From Octopus vulgaris (Eukaryota), in contig OX597816.1 of NCBI GenBank assembly GCA_951406725.2, forward strand, positions 27,652,001 to 27,716,000: a DNA stretch of 64,000 nt. The letters run 5' to 3'. The position numbers were made by a program, and so were the translations under genes. The notes below the pieces were generated by a model that was not told the DNA's origin, did not search any database, and worked only from the letters and a program-made list of their open reading frames with translations. This document shows, piece by piece, positions 53,661-64,000 of this stretch (positions within the stretch are counted from its first letter, which is position 1; each line of letters begins with the position of its first letter).

Positions 53661-53698
<38 letters not shown>

Positions 53699-53773
53699 TG
53701 TATTGTTCTGTGATAGTAAGGTCATATATATGTACATAATCTCATTCTTCTCATGGAGCAAGGAACTGTGTGC

Positions 53774-53824
<51 letters not shown>

Positions 53825-54149
53825 TATGTGTGTGTGTCTATGTACGTAAGCGTGTGCAAATACTTACCAACTGATCTTATTTCCGCACTCTGGTGTTGGT
53901 CAGATATTCAGAAATTTGGACAAAGTATTATTTGTATTGTATGTATTAGTCTCTCTTTATTCCTTAATAATTATTTCATAGTCCTGTAGAATATATTTTA
54001 AAATAATTTCCTAGTTGTAGAAGTCCCCAACTTCTCTATATCTGCGGTGAATATTATCTTCCCGTGGCAGAAATTGTATGGGGTTCCTTAAAGATTTGTG
54101 TTTTCTTGTTAATTTTACACGGCATCTAGTTGAGAATATTATGAGTAAA

Positions 54150-55850
54150 CCTTTTCATTCGGGAACAGCTAATGCATTAATTTTTCTAACCTATTCTTGT
54201 TATAATTTGCGCCTTCTTAGGCGTTTGCCTAAAGTGTAAAAAATTCCAACCAAATCATTTTTTTTCGTTTGCATGCATCGTATTTTGTCTCGGTCACTGA
54301 TTTCTAGAGGTTTGTAAGCCAAATTTAATCGAATTCTCGTATCTCTGTTTCCGCATGTAACATTGTCTTTTTTTTTTATTTAATTCATTTTCCTCTCTTG
54401 ACGATTCTTATGAGTCAGCTTTCGAAAGAATATGCAATGTAAAGATCTCTAGCGATGCAACGTTGTTTCCAGTCTTTATTCATCTGTATTGAGCAACTTG
54501 AGGTCATCAATATAAAAACTAGGTTTGATCCCCCACTGTAGTATTTTTATTTTTATTCATCTCTAATATAGTTTACTATGCTAACTGAAGCCATTAAAGC
54601 CATGCAGAAAGAAAGCAAAAAGAGGAATTTTCCTGGGAATATCGTTATTCTAATTGGAAGGAAATTGTTTTTATAATACTTTCCCTTGTTGCGATTTGGA
54701 AGATTATTTGCCATATATCATTGGCATTAGATGACTCATAGCTAAATGTTTCCAGAATCCTAAGATAGGGGGACATAGTTAAAAACTATGTTTGATGATC
54801 CATGTCCTTCTCATATTTTTCTTATCTCTGACTGGTCTCTTCCTTTGTGACTGTTGATCAGTAATTGATTTTTACAGCCATGTAGACATTTTCAGAATCT
54901 TCTTATCTAAATATGATTATTTTTTAGGTATTTATTCCCTATAATAGGATTGGAGATACCGTTCTACACGTTGTCGGCAAATAACAGTGTGGCCTGAAAC
55001 GTTTTGGTGGAATTTGCTATTTCTTTAGTTTTGCGGATAAGTGAAACATCCATGAGAATTTTAGTGATTGTTTTATTGATAAGTAGATCGCTAAATATTT
55101 TTGCATCACTTCGTGTACTTTCTACTTGTTTCAACCAAAGTGTTTGGCATGTCCTCATTCTCTGGTTCCTTCCAGATATTAGCTTTTTTAACGCCTGGAC
55201 TACTACTACTACTTCAGTTGATATAGCATCCTACGATTACTCATGCGTTGCCTTTCTTGTCTGAGATATTCTCGCTATCCATACACTTTCTCAAGAACCT
55301 TCTCTTATTTTTGATGCTATATTCATTTCTATTTTGTTTTTATATCGTTTTTGATAAAATCGTTTTGTCTTTGAATCACACTATTTGTGTTGTTCAAAGA
55401 ATCGCTGTAGCTTTTCATAAAACTGGTTCTTTGTCATTTAGTTAAGATCGCCTGTTTTGAAAATCATGTTTTTTTTAGGGTATTTCACTCTTTTTTCTTT
55501 ATATAGTTGATAGTATTTGTCTATTTTGTTTTCCTCTGAGTCTTTCTTTATTGATTTAATTAACGATCGATTATTTTCTATTTTCCATATTTGCTGTATT
55601 ATTGTTATTACTCTATAGCTTAATTTTATATTCAAGAGATTCTTTCATTTATCCATGGAAATATATATCGATTTCAATTATTTAACTATTTCCACCTTGA
55701 GATAACTACAATATCATAATTTCTATCTTGATTAATGATTTTCGTATTCACTAATGTTCCTAATTTTGCCTGTGTTATTCCGGTTCAAGAATTGTAGGTC
55801 ACTATTTCATAGGAATGCTAAGGTCTGATTTGCTGTTTCGACGAATGTTT
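54150..55850 (-). mobile_element. Heavily decayed non-LTR retrotransposon RT (R4/NeSL-like)
   Basis: Minus-strand GCKNQLLIN (~54855-54880) and FYIDDLK (~54500-54520). Many stops. Confidence 0.55.
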
Positions 55851-56573
55851 CTTCCTTTCTGTTACCATATTTTAACTTTTTGTGTTTCGTCTGTCTGTTG
55901 TGTAGTATTTGTTCACTGAATAATTGTGTTACTTTGTTAGGTGGTGTCGTGTGTATTGTGTAAGATGCTACGTTTTCTTGCGTCAGGTAGTGACTATGAC
56001 GAATGTGTGCTGCATGTGTTGTGTAATGTGTTTTTAGTGTTGCGTGTGGAGTGTCAAAAATATGTGCTGTGTTGTGTTATGTTGCTGGGTAGAAAATTTT
56101 GTATAATATAAATCGAGTTTTTGATTGTGCAAGAATATATAATATCGATTCTCCATTATGTTAGCTATGGTAGTCGAGAGAGAGTACCTGATTTTAGTCA
56201 TAAGAACAATTTGAAATCTGTGAGATTATTTAATTAGTCAGATAACTCACTACGGGGACATTTTCATGCCATTTTTTTGTTTATCGTTTAAATTGTTTAA
56301 TAAAATTTTATGTTTATCCTTTCTAATGTAGTAATTGCAGACTTCGTATAAACATGTACTTTTCTTTTAGTGAATAAAACCGTTGCATTTGAGCTTGTGG
56401 AATCGTTAGCAGATCGGACAGAGTTCCTAGTGGCATCTCTGAGTGTTTAAGTTTCTTGTTCAAATTTCTGTCGAAATTTTTTTTTGGTGGGGGGATGCAC
56501 CAGGTAAATATTAGGGGCGATGAAATCAATTTACTCCCATTTAAAAGTTTTCTGGCCTTCTACCAAAATTTGA

Positions 56574-56982
56574 AGGCGGCAAGCTGGCAGAATCGTTAGC
56601 ACGCCGAGCAAAATGCTTAGCGGTATTTCGTCTGCCGCTACATTCTGAGTTCAAATTCCGCCGCGGTCGACTTTGTCTTTCATCCTTTCGGGGTCGATTA
56701 AATAAGTTCCACTTACGCACTGAGGTCAATATAATCGACTTAATCCGTTTGTCTGTCCTTGTTTGTCCTCACAGTGTTTAGCCCCTTGTGAGTAGTAAAG
56801 AAATAGGTATTTCGCTCGTTGCTACGTACTGAGTTCAAATTCCGCCTTCTCCGACTTAGCCTTTCATCCTTTCGTGGTCGACAGATTAAGTGCCGGTGAA
56901 ACACTAGGGTCGCGTAATCGACAAGTACCCTCCCCCAAATTTCTGGCCTTGTGCCTATAGTAGAAAGGATTATTATTATTAT
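56574..56982 (+). mobile_element. SINE family A dimer with (TTA)n tail
   Basis: Head plus two body units; the last ends CCCCCAAATTTCTGGCCTTGTGCC...GATTATTATT. Confidence 0.88.
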
Positions 56983-57494
56983 CGTTGTTGTAGTTGATGC
57001 TTACTTTTAATCTGCATGTTTGTTACAAACACTTGACGAGACAGACCCAGAGCCCTGGGGCAAGTGAAAGATAAGAGATCTTACGGTATGACTGAAAACT
57101 TTATTATTATTCACTTAACTGATTTATCTAGGTCATGTCTCAGTTTGATCTCACAGTCTAGAGACGCAACACTTTCCTCAACACGTGAGCTGTTCTAAGT
57201 ATTGCTGTCATTTGAATTCTTCCCAATGAGTTTGGTATTTGCAGCTATTGATGCCAGGATACTGATCTTTTTGAGGTGGCTCCAAGTGCACCGACGAAAA
57301 TAGGTACCACACAAGTTTACATGATTTATTCCTATGTACGTTTCATCACTTTGGTTCTTTGGAACTCTGCACTGCACTGCACTTGCAACATCCAATATAA
57401 ATATTAATGATTTGTAGGTACGTGGTATTCCGTTATGCAAACACAATATACTCTAAAGTATATTAAATGTTTTCATAAATCAAAACCACGTTCA

Positions 57495-57890
57495 ACCATC
57501 TAGCCCATTTTCACCTTCGAACACATTGCTTATATAGCCACCGCGGTGTTAAGTTTTTGGATATACCAATCTACATATTTAATGGATTTGTAGGTACGTG
57601 GTATTCCGTCATGCAAACATAATATACTATAGTATATTGTGTTTGCATAACGGAATACCATGTACCTACAAATCGTTAATATTTACATACCGGCTCCGAG
57701 AATGTGTTTAATATGCAAATTTGTATACCTGACTGCATAACGGAATACCACGTACTAACAAACCATTAATATTTACGTATCGGCTCCGGGATTGCATTTA
57801 ATATATAAATTGGTTTATCCAATAACTTAACACTGCTGTATGCGGTGCTTATATAAATAATTTGTTGGAAGGTTAGATGGGTGCAGATGA
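57495..57890. repeat. Foldback/palindromic element
   Basis: Spacer-less palindrome centred at 57629/57630 with ~45-bp near-perfect arms (57585-57674) and diverged outer arms. Confidence 0.75.
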
Positions 57891-58169
57891 AGAGATAAAA
57901 ACCCCTGAAATTTGGCATATACACTCATTACCCCTTTTTATCCTCGATCTCATTGTTTGTTTATATCTGACGTCTCGACACGAAATGTTATAGTAAAAAT
58001 CAGTTCTGGCTATAATTTCTATAGAATATCTGTAGAAATAACCTTAACAAAATAATTCAATGTAAAGTTCCTTAATAACCACAATTTCCAAACGTACGTA
58101 GGAACAAATAATATAAATTTGTGCTTAACATAATTTCTCTTCACTTACTCTGTATATCTTAACTAGTAG

Positions 58170-58551
58170 AGGCGCAATGGCCCAGTGGTTAGGGCAGCGG
58201 ACTCGCGGTCATAGGATCGCGGTTTCGATTCCCTGACCGGGCGTTGTGAGTGTTTATTGAGCGAAAACACCTAAAGCTCCACGAGGCTCCGGCAGGGGAT
58301 GGTGGTGATCCCTGCTGTACTCTTTCACCACAACTTTCTCTCACTCTTACTTCCTGTTTCTGTTGTACCTGTATTTCAAAGGGTCGGCCTTGTCACTCTC
58401 TGTGTCACGCTGAATATCCCCGAGAACTACGTTAAGGGTACACGTGTCTGTGAGTGCTCAGCCACTTACACGTTAATTTCACGAGCAGGCTGTTCCGTTG
58501 ATTCGGATCAACCGGAACCCTCGTCGTCGTAACCGACAGAGTGCTTCCACC
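58170..58551 (+). mobile_element. SINE family C, long-tail subtype, full length
   Basis: A-box TGGCCCAGTGG, B-box GTTTCGATTCC. 16-bp TSD ATATCTTAACTAGTAG at 58154-58169 and 58552-58567. Confidence 0.92.
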
Positions 58552-58806
58552 ATATCTTAACTAGTAGTACCACTGAGTATAGTAGCTGGGTAACTACCAT
58601 ACTGGATCTACTTGGAGCTCTGAAATTAACAGTAATAGTTGTACATCTATTTGCACGCACAAAATACTCTGTAACTTCGTACCTAATGGTGGAGCTCCAC
58701 TGACATCAAAATTGGGACATGGATAAATAATACCTTGGCGCATCACCGAAAAGTAAACTAATTACTGTTAAAAGGACTATACCTGGAACTTTTACTATAC
58801 ACAACA

Positions 58807-58939
58807 TAGGCGCAGGAGTGGCTGTGTGGTAAGTAGCTTGGCATCTTGGGCAAGTGTCTTCTGCTATAGCCCCGGGCCGACCAATGCCTTGTGAGTGGAT
58901 TTGGTAGACGGAAACTGAAAGAAGCCTGTCGTATATATG

Positions 58940-58976
<37 letters not shown>

Positions 58977-59187
58977 TTGTGTGTCTGTGTTTGTCCCCCT
59001 AGCATTGCTTGACAACCGATGCTGGTGTGTTTACGTCCCCGGTTCGGCAAAAGAGACCGATAGAATAAGTACTGGGCTTACAAAGAATAAGTCCCGGGGT
59101 CGATTTGCTCGACTATAGGCGGTACTCCAGCATGGCCGCAGTCAAATAACTGAAACAAGTAAAAGAGTAAAAGAGAGAGTAAAGAGT
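58807..59187 (+). mobile_element. SINE family B with the B-box region deleted
   Basis: GGCGCAGGAGTGGCTGTGTGGTAAGTAGCTT joins directly to GGCATCTTGGGCAAG. Confidence 0.88.
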
Positions 59188-59648
59188 AACTAATGACCTT
59201 ATTAGGATGAGAAGATGGCAAACTTTCCACTGTGATTCTACTTCCCTCACAAAATACTTATGAAACGCCTCGCCAACTCAAGATATTAATTCTCTGCAAC
59301 ATAATGCAGCGACGTGTTTTCTTATGATCCGTTGTGATTAAACAGTCAACAGTTCTTGGAATATCTAATGCAGAGATTCAAGCAACAACAATGGTGAAAC
59401 GTACGTAAGAACAAATAATATAAACTTGTGTTTATCGTAAGTTCTATGTATGTATGTATGTATGTATGTATGTATGTATGTATGTATGTATGTATGTATG
59501 TATGTATGTATGTATGTATGTATGTATGTATGTATGTGTGTGTGTATGTATGTATGTATGTATGTATGTATGTGTGTGCATGTATGTATGTTTGCACGTA
59601 CGTACGTATGTATGTAAGTATGTATGTATGTATGTCATTGTTTAGTAT

Positions 59649-60217
59649 TATTTCAAGATTTCTTGCCAATAGAGAAAGAACCGGTTTCTAACCTAGATTC
59701 AAGGCTCCTTTAGATTCAAGGCTCCTTCATTGGAATTCCAACATCAACAACGGTATTTTTCTATGTATGTATGTATACGTGCAGATTTGTATGTTTTGCT
59801 TTATGTATGTATTCTCATGCATATAGTTACATATCTAGACATGCTCATATATACTTAAATGATAAACTTCGGAAAAGTATTACACATCTTTACAATTCCA
59901 GTGATGGATTGGATCTGTAGTCTTCCAATTAGTTTTTCCTTCCTGGTTTTGAGAAGCCTAATTTCTCAAGATTGGTATTTAGGCAGTGTGTTACATATAC
60001 CAGGCCCCAATAATTACAGGTATAAACCTGAACTTCCAATCTGGATATAGTAACTGCAAATTTCTCAATAGTTCAGCGTAGGTAGTCACTTTTTCACTCA
60101 TCTTTGTTAATATCCGGTGGGCGGATCTTATTTCAAATTTTTTTGCCTATAGAGAAAGAACTGGTTTCTAACCTAGATCCAAGGCTCCTTTGTTGGCATT
60201 TTAACATCAGCAACAGT
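59649..60217 (-). repeat. ~480-bp unit with diverged ~90-100-bp direct repeats (Penelope pLTR-like)
   Basis: TATTTCAA...ATAGAGAAAGAAC(C/T)GGTTTCTAACCTAGAT(T/C)CAAGGCTCC at 59649 and 60129. Flanked by (TATG)n. Confidence 0.6.
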
Positions 60218-60423
60218 GTATGTATGTATGCATGCATGTATGTATGTATGTATGTATGTATGTATGTATGTATGTATGTATGTATGTATGTATGCATGCA
60301 GGTGTGTATGTATGCATGTATGCATGTATGCATGTGTATATGTGTATTTATGCATGTACCTGTGTATGTATACATCATATGCATATAACACACATCTATA
60401 TATTTTATTGATATACATTATGC

Positions 60424-60454
<31 letters not shown>

Positions 60455-61123
60455 CAGGTTGATTTTATGGCCAGTCAGAGAGTGACCATTGGCTTCACAC
60501 TTATAAAGAGCTTAGTTGTATAGGTGACTCGTCAAATTCAAATAGCCAGAGGTACGTAACCTCTTTGCAACTTCAGCGAGGAAAACGTCAGTGTCAGTTT
60601 AATTTGTAAACAAAATCCTGAGCGAAACGCAGCTGGTAAAACACTGGGTGAGGCGGAAATATCCTCCTTATATCGGCTCTAGTTATGTCCACGACAGGCC
60701 TGCCGAAGATGTCTCAAGATGTCAGCCTTTCCTGAGGCTGCAAATGAAGAATTCCATATTTGCAACATGAATTTCTTCTTATGAGGGCACTGACTAAAAT
60801 CTCAGTTTGGAGTTTAAGAAGGGCCCCGAAACTGATATAAGGGGGATAATTTCATTCTACCCAAGGTTTTGCCAGTAGAGTCTCGTTCCGGATATCTTTT
60901 TGTCTGCAAAACTAACTGACCATGACGTTTTCATCCCTCATGTTGTAGAGTGGTTATTTGCCTCCGGCCATTTGAGTCTGGCGTGTGACCTATACAGCTA
61001 TGCGCTTTATAGATGCGAAACCAATGATCACACCTTTAACCGTTCATACCTAATAATTTTCTAAATATTACTACTCTAATGCAATAGAGTGTGTTTCTTT
61101 TCGGATATATGAACTCCTGACCG

Positions 61124-61174
<51 letters not shown>

Positions 61175-61237
61175 GTTTAAATATTTGTTGTGCAAGATTT
61201 TATTGGCTAAACTGGCAATATGACCATTCCGAAATAT

Positions 61238-61267
<30 letters not shown>

Positions 61268-61272
<5 letters not shown>

Positions 61273-61590
61273 CCATTTGTTACCGCAATGCTAGGGCACC
61301 ACCTTGAAGAATTGTTTGTCGAATGAATCGACCCTAGTACTTGTTTTTCTTTCTCTTAAGTCTGGTACTTATTCTATCGGCCACTTTTGTCGTACCATTA
61401 AGTTACGGGGAGGTAAACATACCAACACCGGTTGTCAAGCGGTGTAGAGGGACAAACACAGTTATAATGTCACACAAACACGCACACACATAGATATATA
61501 CGACGGGCTTCTTTCAGTTTCCCCTCTACCAAATCCTTTCCCAAGGCTTTGGTCTTCCCGAGGCTATTGTAGACATTTGCCCAAGGGGCA
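61268..61590 (-). mobile_element. SINE family B, diverged and 5'-truncated
   Basis: GTACTTATTCTATCGG, GGTTGTCAAGCG, CTTTCAGTTTCC, TGCCCAAG. Confidence 0.8.
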
Positions 61591-61639
61591 GCGTAACTGT
61601 TTTTTGGTGTTGTTCTGTTTTGGGGATGGATTCTCCCTT

Positions 61640-61890
61640 TCTATTGGACGCAGTTAAGAAAGACACCAACTACTCTGCCTGTAGTACCACGGCTGAGCTG
61701 CTGGCCAAGATCAAACAAGTGGCCGAAAATATTCCGAGAGACCAAGTGAGGCCAGGCTCTGGAGTTGTCTTGAGGCTGTGGAGAAAGCCGAGGGAGGTTA
61801 CCTTGGGTAAACTGTTATCTCCCAGCCATAACCTAGTTAGGTATTTTTTGTCTTGTGTTTTCACCTGTTGTGCATACCGAACACCCTGTA
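61640..61890 (+). mobile_element. Tc1/mariner transposase C-terminus and 3' TIR fragment
   Basis: TTAELLAKIKQVAENIPRDQVR...LEAVEKAEGGY. Ends CACCCTG|TA. Confidence 0.65.
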
Positions 61891-62106
61891 CACACACACA
61901 CCACGCTCACACACACAATATATATGTACATACACACGACGGTCTTCCACCCAATTTTAGCCTACCGAATCTACCCACAATCCATTAGTCGGTTCGGGAC
62001 ACATACCACAACAAAAGCGCAGTGGGCCCGGATCCGAAATCACGTGGTTTAAAGCGAACCTCATAACTAAACACCTATGCCTAGAAGATACATTCACTAA
62101 AAGTAA

Positions 62107-62374
<268 letters not shown>

Positions 62375-62556
62375 GTATATATATATATATATATACTACA
62401 AAATTAGAGAATGGAGAAACATACTTAAATCAGTAAAACATCAACTATCCGATGATACTCAATCCATACTTTAATACACCATTACACCAGTATACTAGCA
62501 GTATATTGGATATATATTATCCCATGGTGGGTTGAATTTTCAACCCCTATCTCATT

Positions 62557-62653
<97 letters not shown>

Positions 62654-62688
62654 GTAAATGTAATATGTGACAATTATTCGGTAGCCAT

Positions 62689-62749
62689 GATAAAACTCCG
62701 AGTTTCGGATGCCGAGGTGGAAATCCACGCCGCCATCTGTTCAGTTGTC
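62689..62749 (-). ncRNA. Degenerate type-I HHR motif
   Basis: Minus strand GACAA-CTGAACA-GATG...CATC-C-GAAA-CTCGGAG-TT-TTATC. G8C change. Confidence 0.45.
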
Positions 62750-62929
62750 CGGCCATAGGAAAAATGTTTTGAAAAATGACCTCTCTATATATATATGTCA
62801 AGTGCTGTGTTTTTACTGAGATCCCCCTTTTAGTAGAAGGAATAGCTATATCTCTTTGACTGCTATTTCTAAATTCGGTGTGTTGGTGAGGTAATTCGTT
62901 GCTAAACCCTTAATTACTTAGTATATGTA

Positions 62930-62990
<61 letters not shown>

Positions 62991-62995
62991 ATGAA

Positions 62996-63055
<60 letters not shown>

Positions 63056-63238
63056 TGCGTGTATATATATATGTGTATATATATACGCATATATACCCAT
63101 GTGTGTTTGTGTTTGTGCGTGTGTGGGTCTGTTTATTCCCCATCACCGCTTGACAACATACATACATATATATTTATATTATATTATATATATATATACA
63201 TGGGTCTATTGATATGGTCTTCCCATCATTAACAGGAA

Positions 63239-63311
63239 TCTTACTGAAGAGCCAGCCTGAGTAAATAAATACTATTTTTATTACTGAATTTGGCGAAACT
63301 GCAGTATAAGA
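63239..63311 (+). ncRNA. Canonical type-I hammerhead ribozyme, copy 1
   Basis: TCTTA-CTGAAGA-GCCAG...TTGGC-GAAA-CTGCAG-TA-TAAGA. All core nucleotides intact, G10.1-C11.1 pair, palindromic stem III, GUA triplet. Confidence 0.88.
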
Positions 63312-63642
63312 AAAGTTAAGTTTGTAAAAGTTTTTAATTTTCATCTCACTAAATTTATCCAGCTATTGTGTATCTAGTGCACTCTTCGCCTTGAATGTAA
63401 TGATATATGTATAATATATGGCGTGTACTGGTACACCGGCGATTATAATTAATTTTATTGTATCGCATTTATCTTTGTTTACATATTCTCTCGATAAATT
63501 TCTGACCGTTAGACGATATACCACAATCCCCTATTTTGTCGGGTTTGTTCTGAGTCTGCGCAGTGTTTTGAATAGTTTAGAAAGAGCATTTCGATAGACG
63601 CACATGGGTCTATTGATATGGTCTTCCCATCATTAACCGGAA

Positions 63643-63715
63643 TCTTACTGAAGAGCCAGCCTGAGTAAATAAATACTATTTTTATTACTGAATTTGGCGA
63701 AACTGCAGTATAAGA
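63643..63715 (+). ncRNA. Canonical type-I hammerhead ribozyme, copy 2
   Basis: Identical to 63239-63311, offset 404. Confidence 0.88.
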
Positions 63716-63877
63716 AAAGTTAAGTTTGTAAAAGTTTTTAATTTTCATCTCACTAAATTTATCCAGCTATTGTGTATCTAGTGCACTCTTCGCCTTGAAT
63801 GTAATGATATATGTATAATATATGGCGTGTACTGGTACACCGGCGATTATAATTAATTTTATTGTATCGCATTTATC

Positions 63878-63913
<36 letters not shown>

Positions 63914-63917
<4 letters not shown>

Positions 63918-63920
63918 CTA

Positions 63921-63999
<79 letters not shown>

Positions 64000-64000
64000 A
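63914..64000. repeat. (TATC)n microsatellite
   Basis: Directly visible. Confidence 0.95.

Larger units (their letters stand above)
63198..63890 (+). repeat. 404-bp-period repeat: two 289-bp direct repeats around a 115-bp unique segment, one HHR per repeat (candidate retrozyme)
   Basis: 63198-63486 matches 63602-63890; one substitution seen (AACAGG/AACCGG). (TA)n on both flanks. Confidence 0.92.

Noticed and set aside
58170-58245. Possible tRNA genes (also 12423-12495 and family B heads)
   Set aside because: A/B boxes are present, but the acceptor stems do not close properly and the sequences continue into SINE bodies, with TSDs in the family C copies.

Overview
AT-rich, microsatellite-dense eukaryotic repeat landscape. 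The tRNA-derived SINE families suggest an octopus (coleoid cephalopod) genome; this is inferred, not verified. I found no intact host protein-coding gene. Most ORFs in the track are translated microsatellites, SINE sequence or decayed transposon frames. Recognisable elements: three abundant SINE families, one of them multimerised in ~184-bp units between target-site duplications; a full-length but decayed Tigger/pogo transposon; mariner/Tc1 relics; Helitron helicase and non-autonomous Helitron fragments; CR1/L2-, L1/Tx1- and R4-like LINE fragments; and a decayed Penelope-like retroelement (RT plus C-terminal GIY-YIG) with an inverted pseudo-LTR. The most notable signal is non-coding: many type-I hammerhead ribozyme (HHR) motifs with palindromic stem III, in several unrelated sequence families. 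Two near-identical tandem repeats flanked by (TA)n carry one HHR per unit: 558 bp x ~3.1 at 48873-50604 and 404 bp x ~1.7 at 63198-63890. They are candidate retrozyme-like units that could release unit-length, possibly circular, RNAs and be mobilised in trans by Penelope-like elements. All structures were read by eye; no folding or database search was run.
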